Below are positions 41,601-53,066 of a DNA stretch of 64,000 bases, in pieces (the stretch's first letter is position 1; each line of letters opens with the position of its first letter). The translations under genes and the position numbers were made by a program. This DNA comes from Haplodiscus bocki (Eukaryota). The notes beneath the pieces are model-generated. The model ran no database searches. It was given only the letters and a program-made list of their open reading frames with translations, and was not told the DNA's origin. The stretch spans positions 70,432,001 to 70,496,000 of the forward strand of contig OZ296655.1 of the NCBI GenBank assembly GCA_965655095.1, written 5' to 3'.

Positions 41601-44600
41601 TTCCAAAAGAGAGGTCTGAAAAGTGAAGAAAAACCAGAGAAAGGAGATGCAGGAGAAGAAGGAATAAAAACGGTTGCGGAGATATGAGGTAGATAAATTT
41701 GACGAGGATGAAATTTCACTGATATCGCACAAAAATTTACTATTTTTAAAAAAGATGTTTGTGTTGTTAAGTTAATAGTATAAAGAGACAATGACAGAGA
41801 AATACACAGGTCTTTCCCAACTTGCTTGAATTGAGGTTATTTTCTTGACTTGGTGTATGCTAACGATATCTCAGATTTCTCAGTAGTTTTCTTGAGAAAA
41901 CAACTATTCTCTACTTGGTTATTACTTCAACTCTCGATTTATAAATAGATCATAAGCATTCATAAAGTCATAAATGAAAAGATTTACAGCGTTACATTGT
42001 GTCTAATAGTATTCCAGGAACTTATTTTAAAAAAAGTGTTGGTATTACACCTGCTAGATCGAAAATGCTAAAACAAGCATACAGATTTTTTCTGCGGTAG
42101 ACTGTTTCTGTTTTTAGTCAAAAAATTGGCGGGATTTTATCGGTCAGGGTATCAATTGATGAGAATTTGTACCAATTGAATTATCTTGCGATCTAAACTT
42201 TCTGTAGGACCTTGCAATAGTATTGTAATACCAGGAATCAGAGTAGGTCTGGTGGGAATTGAGATTGCAGTAACTTCAGTAGGAGATATGTTTTCAGTGG
42301 TTTCACTACTGTTTATATTTGGACTAAGAATAACAGAAGTTGTTTGTGTTTGAGGTTTGAAACCAGTACTAGTGTTTTTTTCGCTTCTTGGGCACTCGTT
42401 TTTTCAGCAATGATTGATTGAGTTGAAAGTATCTCATCAATTTTGTGATCAACAGGTCTAAATTGGGCAAAAGTTCTAATTGGGAAAGAAATTCATTATT
42501 GATTTGAAGTAGGTTAAGATACTTCGAACGAACATTTTCAGTTCTATTAAAGACCGGTTGTATTTCTTATTCAGTGGAATAGTTTGAAGAACTCTAAAAA
42601 CAGCTGCAATCTGAAGTATTCCAGATAAGTCGGTCTTTGAATCGCAAGAACTTCTTCAAAAACAGAGAAGAAAGTTTATTTTGTGGTTTTGTTACACTGT
42701 CTACAACAGTTATTTGGGAAAAAATGTACACTGAAAAGCAATTTTTGAGCTAAAACATAGTTCTGTAGCCAGTGGTGTGGATCATTGAGTCTTTTAATTT
42801 TATCCACTTCAATAGTGTCAAAGTGGTGTTGTTTTTTACGAAACTCATCAATAACCGAGGAAACAACAACAGATTGTTCTCTTAATTCTTTAGTTTCTAT
42901 CTTCTTGCAGTTTATTCAGTTTGTTTAAGTATACATCCTGAATTGGTAGATAAATATCTCACAGATTTCTTGTCTACGAAAAGATTCAATTGTTGATGTT
43001 TTTAATTGGGTGAGAAACTACAGTGAAAGCTACAACAGCAAAACTTTGTTCACAAGTATTTTAATATTCATAAAAGAGACGAGAATCATGGTGTTCTCTA
43101 ATTAGAGGAATTGAATAAATAACGTTACAGTGTTTTTGAAAAGGCAGAGTCTTTTCTGGTTTCTATAGTATTTTGATTGCTCAGATGAGAAAACTTCAGT
43201 GAATTGTTGCTGCTATTCTGCAGAGGAGTTTTGCTTTTGTCCAGTAATTATCTCAGAAAAGAAGAATTTTGGGATTTGCAAAGGAATTGGTTGTGTATAT
43301 AAATTTGAGTTTCTCTCCGGTTCCACAGATGTTTCACTTTGTGAAGATTCAGTACTTTCTCAGTTTGGTTCTTCTTGTCATCAATCTCATTTTCAGATAG
43401 AGTTTTTGAGCGTGAAGTAACAGTTTGGTGTCTACTGAACAATCTTTAATATATTTTCCTGAGGAGTTTAAAATATTTGAACCCAAAAGATTTCAGTAAT
43501 CAGTATAAGGATTGTTAGGTCAACCTTTTGCCGAAAACTAAAAGAATGAAGTTTCAAAATGTTGTATATTTATATTAAATTCCAACATCCAAGAATGGAA
43601 AGGAAAATTACGATGAATGGATAAAATATTACTCATTCAAAAAGTTGTGTTCAACCAAAATGGTTGTTAGAAAATTGGGAAAAATGTTTCGAATTGCGGT
43701 CAAGCCAAATACTTCTAGCAGAATTCCAATAAAGTTGTCCAAGTTAAATTTTTTTACGGTGGGAGAATGACAAGCAAATGTACTTTTAGGACAGAGATTG
43801 GGAATTCCTGAACAATCAACATTTGCGCACAATGTCCAAATAAAATCGATCGCAGGATTTTATTTTTCCGTTTTACAAGATGAGAGAACTTCGATAGGTA
43901 GAACGGAGTTCAGTACTATCTAAAAACTCTCTTAGTTGACAAATAAATCTTCACTACGTTTTTTGCAGTCAGCTCAGTATTCCGCAACTAAAAACTCCAA
44001 AGACACTTTGGAAAGGAAATTTTTTGTTCTGAAATTAAACGTTACGGGTTAGAAAAGGAAAAATAGGGAGCCACAGGGTAAGAAACCTTCTACAGGGAAA
44101 GTTTTTACATCATAAAAGATAAGATCCTGGCAACAGTAAACTTATGTGGAAACAAATATTTCCGAGAGATAGAATTTACTTGATAGGAAGATGCCAATGT
44201 ATTTTGCTAATGAAATTTTTTACAGATATTACAGTATAAACTGTAAAGAAAAGATTCAGTGCGATGCTTAATAGAATTTTCAAAAGGGAAACTGATTGAT
44301 TACAGAGTTGAAAAAAGAAAATTTTCACAGGTATTGCAACAAAAAATTTTGTTGATGTTAACAACATAATGGTAAACAAAAACTGAAAAGAAGGCAAAAA
44401 GAATGGCAAACATGATTGCTGTCCTAACATCAGAAAATTTTGACCTCTTGGTCTAGTTTGCGATGCTAGAATGGAATAGTTTCAGGGTCTGGGCGTGATT
44501 CAGTTACTAAGAATGACAGTCAACGAACATGTACAAAGATGGCCGAGTTTATAGTCGAAACGACATTGGAACTTTGAAGTCCAAACGACTTGAAGTTTAG

Positions 44601-45213
44601 AGTTGAAACAACTGTAGAAAGTGAAGAAACTTTTGTTGAATAATTGAATTTTTTTAAAAAAGAGACGTCTGAAAATTGAAGAAAAACCAGAGAAAGCAGA
44701 TGCAGAAGAAGAAGTAATAAAGAGGGTTGTTGGGAGAGAAGGTTAAGAATTTTGACGAGGATGAAATTTCACTGTTATCGCACCAAATTTTATTAACTTT
44801 TAAAAAGATGTTGGTGTTGTTAAGTTAATACTACATAGAGACATTCTCAGAGAAATACACAGGCCTTTCCTAACTTGCTTGACTTGAGGTTTTTTCCTTG
44901 ACTTGGTGTATGCTAACGATATCTCAGGTTTCTCAGCAGTTCTCTTGAGAAAACAGCTTTTCTCTACTTGGTTAATACTTCAACTCTCGCTTTATATCTA
45001 GATCATAAGCATTCATAAAGTCATAAATGAAAAGATTTACAGAGTTACATTTTGTCTAATGGTATTCCAGGAACTTCTTTTAAAAAAATTGTTGGTATTA
45101 CACCTGCTAGATCAAAAATGCTAAAGTAAGCATACTGATTTTTTCTGCGGTAGGTTGTTTCGTTTTTTCAGTCAAAAAATTGGCTGGATTTTATCGATCA
45201 GTGTATCAATTGA
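26636..45213 (-). repeat. Tandem array of six ~3.1-kb units derived from the pre-gag region of element A (a seventh, partial unit lies at 16222-19214)
   Basis: Unit starts (aattg) at 26636, 29744, 32853, 35948, 39050 and 42154, ending at 45213; lengths 3108, 3109, 3095, 3102, 3104 and 3054 bp. Paralogous ORF fragments recur in each unit (SRHQTVTS..., TIMLLTST..., STGFQPQTQT...). Roughly 85-95% identity by eye. Confidence 0.97.
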
Positions 45214-46849
45214 CAAACTTTTGTTTGTAAATGAAAAAAGCAGATAAAAGTATTGGTCTTTCTTTCCCGCTTTTGAGGCGTGATAAGTCACATCAGTCGA
45301 AAACTGCAACTACTAATGATATTTATCCAACCCTTCAGCGTGTTTCCGAAAACGAAACAGCTTTTTACTTTTCAAAAGATCTTTTTCTTTGAAAAAGAAG
45401 ATTTCTAGTTTTAAAAGGTTAATCCCTTAATAGAAGATCGGTTTCAGATGGTACATAGTAAAAAAGTTAAGTTGAAGAAGCCAAAGGAGCGAACAGTACC
45501 GATTTCCTGCTATATGATAATCAATCGTTACCTTAACCAGAAGCTGGATCGTCCCATCAACTTCATAAACAATATGGCAGATTCGTAAACGTACATTCAT
45601 TTAAACAATTAAGGTTTCTAATCCCGGCACTTAAACCAAACATGGATATAAGTCTAGAAGTTGCCATTAGTTTTGAATTTTCTGAATTCGTCTAAAACAA
45701 AGTGCTGGGTTTGCTGCAAAAACAACCCGATCAACAAACAGCAATAATTAAGAGTTTTCGTACTTTTGTTGGATGGTAAACTACCACGGCCAAAATTCTA
45801 TCAAAAAAATTCATTTTCTACCGACGCCTATTGACGCTCTACCTCAAATTCCTAAAAAGTAACGGTTTCATTAGTTCCATCAAGTTCCCGTTTATTGCAT
45901 TGCACTTGAAAGGAATAAAAAGTTGAAACTTTTATCATCTTCAGTTCTATTTTTCAAAATGTAATCGATTGGAATTCTAGCTTTTTCCGTTCTGGCAAAG
46001 GAAACAGATTGGTCGAAAACGCCAACAAAGGGAATCACTAAAGGTTTTCTGCGGTACTCGAGCTCAGTAGTTGTCAGAGTTAACGGCGTAATCCTTCGAT
46101 CATTATCTGACATAACCGTTTTCCAACTTATCAAGAATTTTGTTTCACAAACTATTGATTTGGCTCGTTACATTGGGACCTTAAAAAGCGAAAAAAAAGA
46201 AAAACTGCGATTAGTATCACAAACTCTCATTTTTTTCACTTTCTCGCAAAATCAGCGTTTGCATTCGTTGCATCATGATCTCTATTAATTTCGACCTAAC
46301 TGTGGAAGATTAACTTTTCAGAAAGCCTTTGAGTTTACCCCATACATGTCAATACTGCTCGATTGAGCTTTTTATAAAAGGGAAAGAGTCATGTTTTATC
46401 GTGAAAATGATCTGAGCTTTCGCCGTCATCATCAGGTGAATTTCTGCAATCAAGTTGCTAATCACTAATTTTGTAACCCTTATAAGTATGCTGGAAAGAA
46501 CATTCCTTGCCTTTTATTGTTCCTTTGGAAGATCAATTGGCTGAAAGTACCCAAGGATGCATCAATCCTTATTCATGAGGTTATCAGGTTGGGAAATTTT
46601 GATTCTGTTTCTTACATTGTGTTCTGCGTTGACCGAAACAGCCAAAATATGCAGTTTCTGCTGACTATTTTCCACATTTGGAAATTTTTTGAAATTTCGG
46701 GAAATTGACGATTTTTTATCCCCAATGAGGGTATCAGTCCACTTTCCGCATCTGCAAAGAAAGAATCACTCGGAAATTCTACTATTATCCATTCAAATTC
46801 TGCATGACAATCCTGCTAGAACAAACTTGCCAAAAAAGTAAGAAATATT

Positions 46850-47252
46850 TGTCGTGGCCAACTTCTGGGCCAGATTTTTGCGTAATCCGGCTGCAGAAGA
46901 TGCCTGCTTCAGGACGAGGATCACTCTGGGAGTCGTCCTCATTCTTTCCCTGATTTTCCACGTTTGTGTTCCGGAATGTTCCCGGAACGGTTCCGGAGTG
47001 CGTCCGTATCTGTGGGTTCAAGAGAAATTCGTCTAATTTAGACAGAGCACCCAAAATGCGGGACTCTGTCCTGCTGAACTGCTGGGACAATTTTTTAGTG
47101 ACTCTGCCTTTGATCTCCTCAGAAACTTGTGTAATATATTCCTCGTTAATTCTAGGAACGGACGTGTTTCGTGACTGGCCGTTCCTAGAATGTTCCTCTT
47201 GTGTTTTTCTTGTAACGGCTGCCAACTTTCCTTTGTTTCTCAATGTTTCCAT
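46850..47252 (-). pseudogene. N-terminal gag-like fragment of a second LTR retroelement family (element C), truncated near 46850
   Basis: ATG-initiated METLRNKGKLAAV...EEYITQVSEEIKGRVTKKLSQQFSRTESRILGALSKLDEFLLNPQ begins 80 bp after an LTR-like unit; composition changes abruptly after GPEVGHD. The gag assignment rests on position and my recollection of similar repeat proteins. Confidence 0.55.
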
Positions 47253-47331
47253 TTTTTTGCCGGGAAATTGCTACGCAGTTATGAAGACTGATATAGTTTT
47301 TTTGTAAATCAACTTGAGATTAAAACAAATA

Positions 47332-47648
47332 TGTGATTCTTTAGAATAAACAACTAGTCACAATCAGTACAGTCAACTGATATTCAAAGTGATATTAAGT
47401 ATTTCCCCCTTTTAGTACTTTCATTTCTTTTATTTATACCTTTTCCTTGGCGGGTGAAAGTACAAAGTAAAGAAAAGAACTTTAATCATAATAAAAACAA
47501 AGGAAATATACCGACTCAGGCGGGAATTAAACATCTTTCCGTCCATTTCTTCATTTAGAGACCGCGTCTTTTCCATCTTCCGACGGAAAATCTACGGGTC
47601 TGATCAGTCGGAAATGGATATCAAAGTGCTTATTCCCGCGCCGACACA
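47332..47648 (-). repeat. Putative 5' LTR of element C (317 bp)
   Basis: TGTG...CACA termini; minus-strand TATAAATA at 47431-47438; lies immediately upstream of the gag-like ORF. Confidence 0.5.
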
Positions 47649-48479
47649 ATAAAGATTGACATAAATAAATGATCAGAAAGATTTTCCATAAGAGCAAAGT
47701 ATTGAAAAATGCACCAAAATTAAGTAAAATATACTAAAATAATAAAAAAAGTCATACTTACATGCTTTGAAAACCTATTGCATCGATTTAATCCACTTTC
47801 GGAACGAAACTAGGCTTTTCCTTAGTCCGTTCCTCGTTAATACAGGCTGGTTACTCATTTTGGAGAAAGTGTTCTGGAACGACTACGTAGCCGCTTGTAG
47901 CACTGCTCGCCGCAGTGCTACTGAGAAGAATGAAATAGTTGGCTACGTAACCGTTCCGTGTTCGTCCAAATTGACACAGCATGAAAGCACAGCGGATTGT
48001 TTGAAAGTTTAGTAACGTCACCAGATCGGTTGCGACGGAACGCGTACGGAACAAATATTCATTCCCAACCTAGAATAGCTACTAGGCAGGTACGTGTCCG
48101 CTCCGTAACAGTTCCGTCCCAATCTGGATGAGTACACGAGGGCGCTAAGTATAGAATACGTAGAATTTACATGAACATTTATTAGGGAGCGATACGTATT
48201 TGATACGTATCAACTACATGTAAAGGCGTTGATATATTACTGCAATATTATTATATGAATGGAAATAGAAAAGTCTTAAGTTTTGATACCGTTTCTTCTC
48301 ATTTTCAGACAATCCAGGGATGTCCTTTTCTTTCTTTATGCACGTAGGCTTCGCGGATATACTGCAAAAATGTTGTTTTTCCGCGATATTCAAACTCATT
48401 TCGCTCCATAATTATAGGGTGGACATCTTCGATTATAATCTCACTCTATAAGTTTTTATGTTAGAAAGTATTGCACAAA

Positions 48480-49002
48480 TACAATTTTGGTTTCTCTCGC
48501 AACACCGGAGTCGTGAAATCTAAAATATGTCAAGAGTCAATTGCTAACCAGTTTCCACGAATTTCAAACTGCTTATCATCGTTAGTTAACTGCTGATCTA
48601 CTTGCAAACGGAAATTGGGACAAAACATCATCGATTTTTTTTGTCGCATTAAGTCTCATAGGTCGGAAAGGCCAAAAACACAATTAGTTTTGGCATTTCT
48701 CGACATTTTTGCTGATACTTTCCAGCAAAAACCAGCTTGCCATCTCCAATTAAAATCTCAATCGGAAAAGTCTACTCATTGAAAGTTTTTCAATTAGACT
48801 CCCATTGTTTTTAATCAATCAAACCTACTGGATTTTTTACATCAAGGTCTCAATCGAAGTTGCAGTAAAATTAGAAATATAGATTCACTGACAGGTTCGA
48901 GCTCTCAAAAAGTTCAACGGCAAAGTTTCCCTTCAGGGCGAAAATTTAGAAAAAGCAGTTTGTCTAGACGCATGAACGATATTGATGCATTAGTTGCTTT
49001 TT
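48480..49002 (+). pseudogene. Decayed 5' extension of the helicase-like gene, containing a degenerate Walker A
   Basis: cgc aac acc gga gtc gtg aaa tct (48498-48521) = RNTGVVKS, two substitutions from GNTGVGKS. The same frame is open at 48798-49001 and would join the long ORF with one extra T in the T5 run at 48998-49002. Stops and further shifts lie in between. Confidence 0.55.
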
Positions 49003-49015
49003 GAGTGGTGTTAAA

Positions 49016-51208
49016 ATGAATGTTTTTATTTTAGCTGACCGTACTGCGTTGAATTATCTGTTAGACCTTGCACCTTCTGATGATGAAAGAAACACAAATC
49101 TTTTCGAAGAGACGTTTCAAGGAATCCATTTTATTCTGTGTGATGAAAATCGAGTACAATCTGCGAAACCTCTTCTGAAAAAAATTACAGGCAACCACCA
49201 TTGTGTGCTGTTTATGTCGCAGCTTTTGGATGATGATGTATATGTCTTCCCAGATTTTGAAGTCATGCATTTGGATGCTTGCCTTCGCTCAACTGGTCAA
49301 CTTGCTACGTTCGCCAACGATTGTGTGAAATTATTGAGGCCTGATTATTACTCCACCATCCCTAGCCGGAGTTTTGAAGGCGAAAGAGTTGACATCAAGT
49401 TCACGGGTGAAACGGGAAACAAAATATCCTTCATCGACTTATGTGTGAGAACAATTGTCGAATATGCCCAAAAAATGCATGATGTTGAATTTCTCCCAGT
49501 TGCCAATTTTTTGGAAGCAGAAAATGCTCGTCTGATAAAAGAAAAATTGGAAAAAATGAACTGCATTTGTTCCTTCGATGAAATGCCCGCTGCATTTGAA
49601 GACCAAAACTCATCTGATAGTCGTTCTGTGAAACCGCCGGTCATTCTTTTCATCGATCCGGTGGAGTACGAAGTTTGCGAATTTCCAGTGGTTCTGGTTT
49701 TGATGGTTAAATTAATATATGGAACAGGAATCAAGAAGAGTAGTTCTTTTAGTTTTTCGACTGCTGTAACAAGAGCATCGTTGAAATTAGTAATTGTTGC
49801 TGATGACTCTTCACTACTTGACGATGAAGACTTGAAGCTATGTCTGGAAAAGAAACGGATTGATTTCATAGAAATAACATTAGAAGTGATTGAGTATAAT
49901 AGGAGCGCCAAACCTACATTTCTTTTCGTCGGGAGATGTCCGGATGTCGAACATTTTAGGCGAGAATTGAATCCACCTCAAATGTATCTGCCAGATGTTG
50001 AAGGAATTTCCTGCTATGTCGGTTGCTTCTCAAGATTTCTTCACATCGATGACGTTTACTTGGAATCAGATCTAGAGAAACTAAATGATTTTGGAATCAA
50101 ATTTATTACTAACTGGCGTAAGTCTATTGAATGTGAATGGCATCAACTTTACCACATGGCCTCTAATATTTGCATGGAAAATTTCCAGAAAAAGACACCT
50201 GATGTATTTGAAGTACATGAGGCTGCGTTCAATTTCGATGAACAAAAGCACAGAAGAAAGGTACTTTTAGCATTTCTCAAGCAACAGTCGGGAGAATCAG
50301 ACACTGAAATTCCGTGTTTCACTTCTTTTGACTCAAAACCACAGACCTTGCCTGAATTAGACACTGAGTGGTTGAAATGGAAATTAAAAGCAACTGAACT
50401 GTTCAGAATAAAAATAACAACATTGGCTCAGGCGCTCTATCATAGAAGCATCCTACTGCTCGAGAGGGAGCGTGAAAATAATATTCAGCAGGGAAACTTA
50501 CACGACGCCTTGAAATCCATACGAGAAATAGCAAAAATGTACACAAACATATCGAAGATTCATTTGGAAGAAGCGGATGGCTTCTACGATGGGAAAGTTG
50601 AGCCAGGTGTTGACTTTTGGGGAGCTATACGGACAGCTTTTAACGCCACAATGCAAAGCATAATGTGGGATCCATGTTGGTCACGCAGCTATGAACAGAT
50701 GAATGCTATTGTCGAAAAACTGAAAAGCCCTTTCTACTCTAGTTCGCCTGATTCATGTGATTCACAATTCGATCACAGAGGAGAAGAATTTTCTAAATTT
50801 CTAAACAAAAACTTTTCTGTTTTCTCCCATGAAACCAATTTTCTAAACGAATTGGATGAACTATATGTCTCAATTGAGCTTTGCCGAAAAACTTCTGAAG
50901 AAAAAAGTGATGCACAATTACCCCTACGAAGCACAATTTCTTCCAAAGCATCGACTTTGTCTCAAGAAAGCTTGGAACTTATTCAACTGCGTGACGTACA
51001 GCGTGGTTCAGATTTTAAGGTTATGCGGAGTGATTTTGAACTTCTGATGAACCAGGCCAGATTTCTTTTTGAAATTTCTGTGCGACTGACAATGATATCT
51101 TCCAAGTATAGCTTCCCGACAAAATCTCCCGAAGAAGCGCTTCCTTCTGCTCTGAACAAATTGGAAGAAGTTGTTAGCCGGATTAGAGAACTCGGATTTT
51201 TGGTGTGA
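49016..51208 (+). CDS. 730-aa intronless ORF: SF1 (Schlafen/UvrD-C-like) helicase-core domain plus C-terminal TPR-like helices
   Basis: Only long ORF in the window (first ATG 49016; open from 48986). Ordered motifs: Walker B HFILCDE, motif IV LDACLRSTGQL, motif V YEVCEFPVVLV (cf. GLEF), motif VI TAVTRASLKLVIV. TPR-like segments: ATELFRIKITTLAQALYHRSILL, AKMYTNISKIHL, SIMWDPCWSRSYEQM. Confidence 0.75.
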   Translation: MNVFILADRTALNYLLDLAPSDDERNTNLFEETFQGIHFILCDENRVQSAKPLLKKITGNHHCVLFMSQLLDDDVYVFPDFEVMHLDACLRSTGQLATFANDCVKLLRPDYYSTIPSRSFEGERVDIKFTGETGNKISFIDLCVRTIVEYAQKMHDVEFLPVANFLEAENARLIKEKLEKMNCICSFDEMPAAFEDQNSSDSRSVKPPVILFIDPVEYEVCEFPVVLVLMVKLIYGTGIKKSSSFSFSTAVTRASLKLVIVADDSSLLDDEDLKLCLEKKRIDFIEITLEVIEYNRSAKPTFLFVGRCPDVEHFRRELNPPQMYLPDVEGISCYVGCFSRFLHIDDVYLESDLEKLNDFGIKFITNWRKSIECEWHQLYHMASNICMENFQKKTPDVFEVHEAAFNFDEQKHRRKVLLAFLKQQSGESDTEIPCFTSFDSKPQTLPELDTEWLKWKLKATELFRIKITTLAQALYHRSILLLERERENNIQQGNLHDALKSIREIAKMYTNISKIHLEEADGFYDGKVEPGVDFWGAIRTAFNATMQSIMWDPCWSRSYEQMNAIVEKLKSPFYSSSPDSCDSQFDHRGEEFSKFLNKNFSVFSHETNFLNELDELYVSIELCRKTSEEKSDAQLPLRSTISSKASTLSQESLELIQLRDVQRGSDFKVMRSDFELLMNQARFLFEISVRLTMISSKYSFPTKSPEEALPSALNKLEEVVSRIRELGFLV

Positions 51209-52435
51209 CATCTTGGGTTGGAAGTCATTGAGATGCTACCATCGACGGCAAGTACCCAAAATTGAATTCATACAAATCATGCTCATTTCGCAAGTGTGTC
51301 TTCACTCATGACCGATCTGCAACTTGCACCCCATTTTAACATTTTCTAGTCCCTGCTAATTTTTTTTACTTTTTTCGAGAAGCGTCTTTATTGTATGTTA
51401 CTAGAAGGCTACAAACAAATACAGAAATTGGTCCAATCATCATCATTCTTTACCTTTCCCAAATAATGGAGAAAACGTTGATGTTACTCGACCAACCCAA
51501 TGAATTTTTTTCTGAATTTAAATTGTCTTGATCTTTTCCATCAACTGAATCTGAATATTATGTTTTGAAATCAATTAGCTTGTTCGTTTGATAATTGATT
51601 AAATACGTTTGAAAATTAGGTTCCAAATACTACTGATTGATGGAATTTTCAATTAACTTCTGAGATATTTCTTGTTCTTTTGGAGGCAACAACTCAGAGA
51701 TCAAGTAATCGCAAAAATGTTAATTGAGAATTTATGAACAAAAGCAGCAGTGAGAATAATTTTCTTCCGAAATGATTTCAGCTACGGAAAACATGTGAAA
51801 ATCGAAAATTTCGAAGAAAATCGCTTGAAAGAAAGTTTTATATGGTTCAGTAGAAGATAGTATCGCATAACTAAACAAAGACAGACTTTTACAGGATAAC
51901 AGTCTCAAAAACATCTGACTTGAAACGAGCAATTTGCAAACTGAAGTAGCTCCAAGTCTGTTGCATGGGACAAGCTGTCATGCCAGCATGATTGAATTGT
52001 AATGTTTATGAGCATAGAATGTCATATTGTATAATGTATTACTCTGTTTATTATCATCTAATAAATACGCAATTTCTGCAGTTAAAAAACTGGATACTGG
52101 TTTGAAAACCAAAGCGCCTGAATTTTTCATCCCAAATTTATTCAAAAAACCAACTTTGTAATCTTGAATGAAAACTGTGCTGTTATAACGCACGTGAAGC
52201 AATGAGAGTACGTTAGGCAAAAACTCTTCAATCGCGAAACTTCGACCTCATTGAACGGAATTGAATCAGTTTCTTTGCTAACAGTGCTAAAAGTGTGATG
52301 GATGACTGATTTATAAAACGGTATATCTTTCGTATTATTTGAACCTCGCGTTAACTAAGCAACAGTGAATGATGCCTAACACGATATTATAAACCCTTTC
52401 TGAAACGGGTGTCTAACGATAGATTGACATCTCGG

Positions 52436-53066
52436 TGTAACCTTTGTGATATTAGATATAAAAACAATTTGAATTTATAGTGACCCTATTGACTCGTACA
52501 ACAGTGCTGTCAAAAAAGTTTATTATTGTGATTGGCGATGGGTCAATCACCTTGCTGTAGAATTTCGTAACTTTATGAACCAAAATGCAACGCAAAATGG
52601 TTTTATTTGTTCGTGAAGAACAGATGTGAGATGCATTTCCCAACCATGAATCAAAAACCTGATCACGTGACTGACTTGAGTGACCAATTAGTGCGAGTGA
52701 TTGGATACAAGTAACGGGGAAAGTTTTTTAAAACTAGCTACTGTCAACACATACTCACACACACGCACACACGCATACATATGCAATGATATCTCTAGCA
52801 CGAACAGTCTACATCACCCTCAGCAAAAAGCTCAAAATCAATCAATACTCACTCTGTCAAAGTTTACTCATCAATCTTTGTAGTCCAATACTTCAACCAC
52901 ACTTCCACAACGGCATATTAACCAACAACCTCACTTTTACCGTCACAGCGTATGAAAAAAGTTGTTAGCACTGAGGGTGGGGACTTGAACAGCAGCCACA
53001 ACATTGACTGAAAATATACTTTCAATTACTCACCAGAGAAAGTGTCATAACGGAAATGAGATTACA
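52436..53066. repeat. Possible solo LTR / interspersed repeat
   Basis: TGTAAC at 52436 and ATTACA ending 53066 enclose a CACGTG, CCAAT/ATTGG motifs and a CA-rich tract. No TSD, so support is weak. Confidence 0.25.
52747..52785. repeat. Imperfect (CA)n microsatellite
   Basis: acacatactcacacacacgcacacacgcatacatatgca. Confidence 0.85.

Noticed and set aside
26636-45213. Array as a CRISPR-like repeat-spacer system or a tandem family of functional small genes
   Set aside because: Whole units are homologous with no unique spacers. The recurring 60-130 aa ORFs mostly start at non-ATG codons and break differently in each unit.
45892-46134. 80-aa minus-strand ORF beyond the array end
   Set aside because: No ATG at the annotated start and no recognisable motif; element A's 5' LTR was also not found here.
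49001-49015. TTG start given by the ORF track
   Set aside because: The context is eukaryotic; the first ATG is at 49016 and the frame likely continued upstream via a frameshift.
49348-49911. 187-aa minus-strand ORF and other short ORFs overlapping the long CDS
   Set aside because: Antisense shadows of the 730-aa ORF.
52975-53040. B-box-like GTTCAAGTCCC on the minus strand (tRNA or SINE)
   Set aside because: No convincing A-box or cloverleaf.
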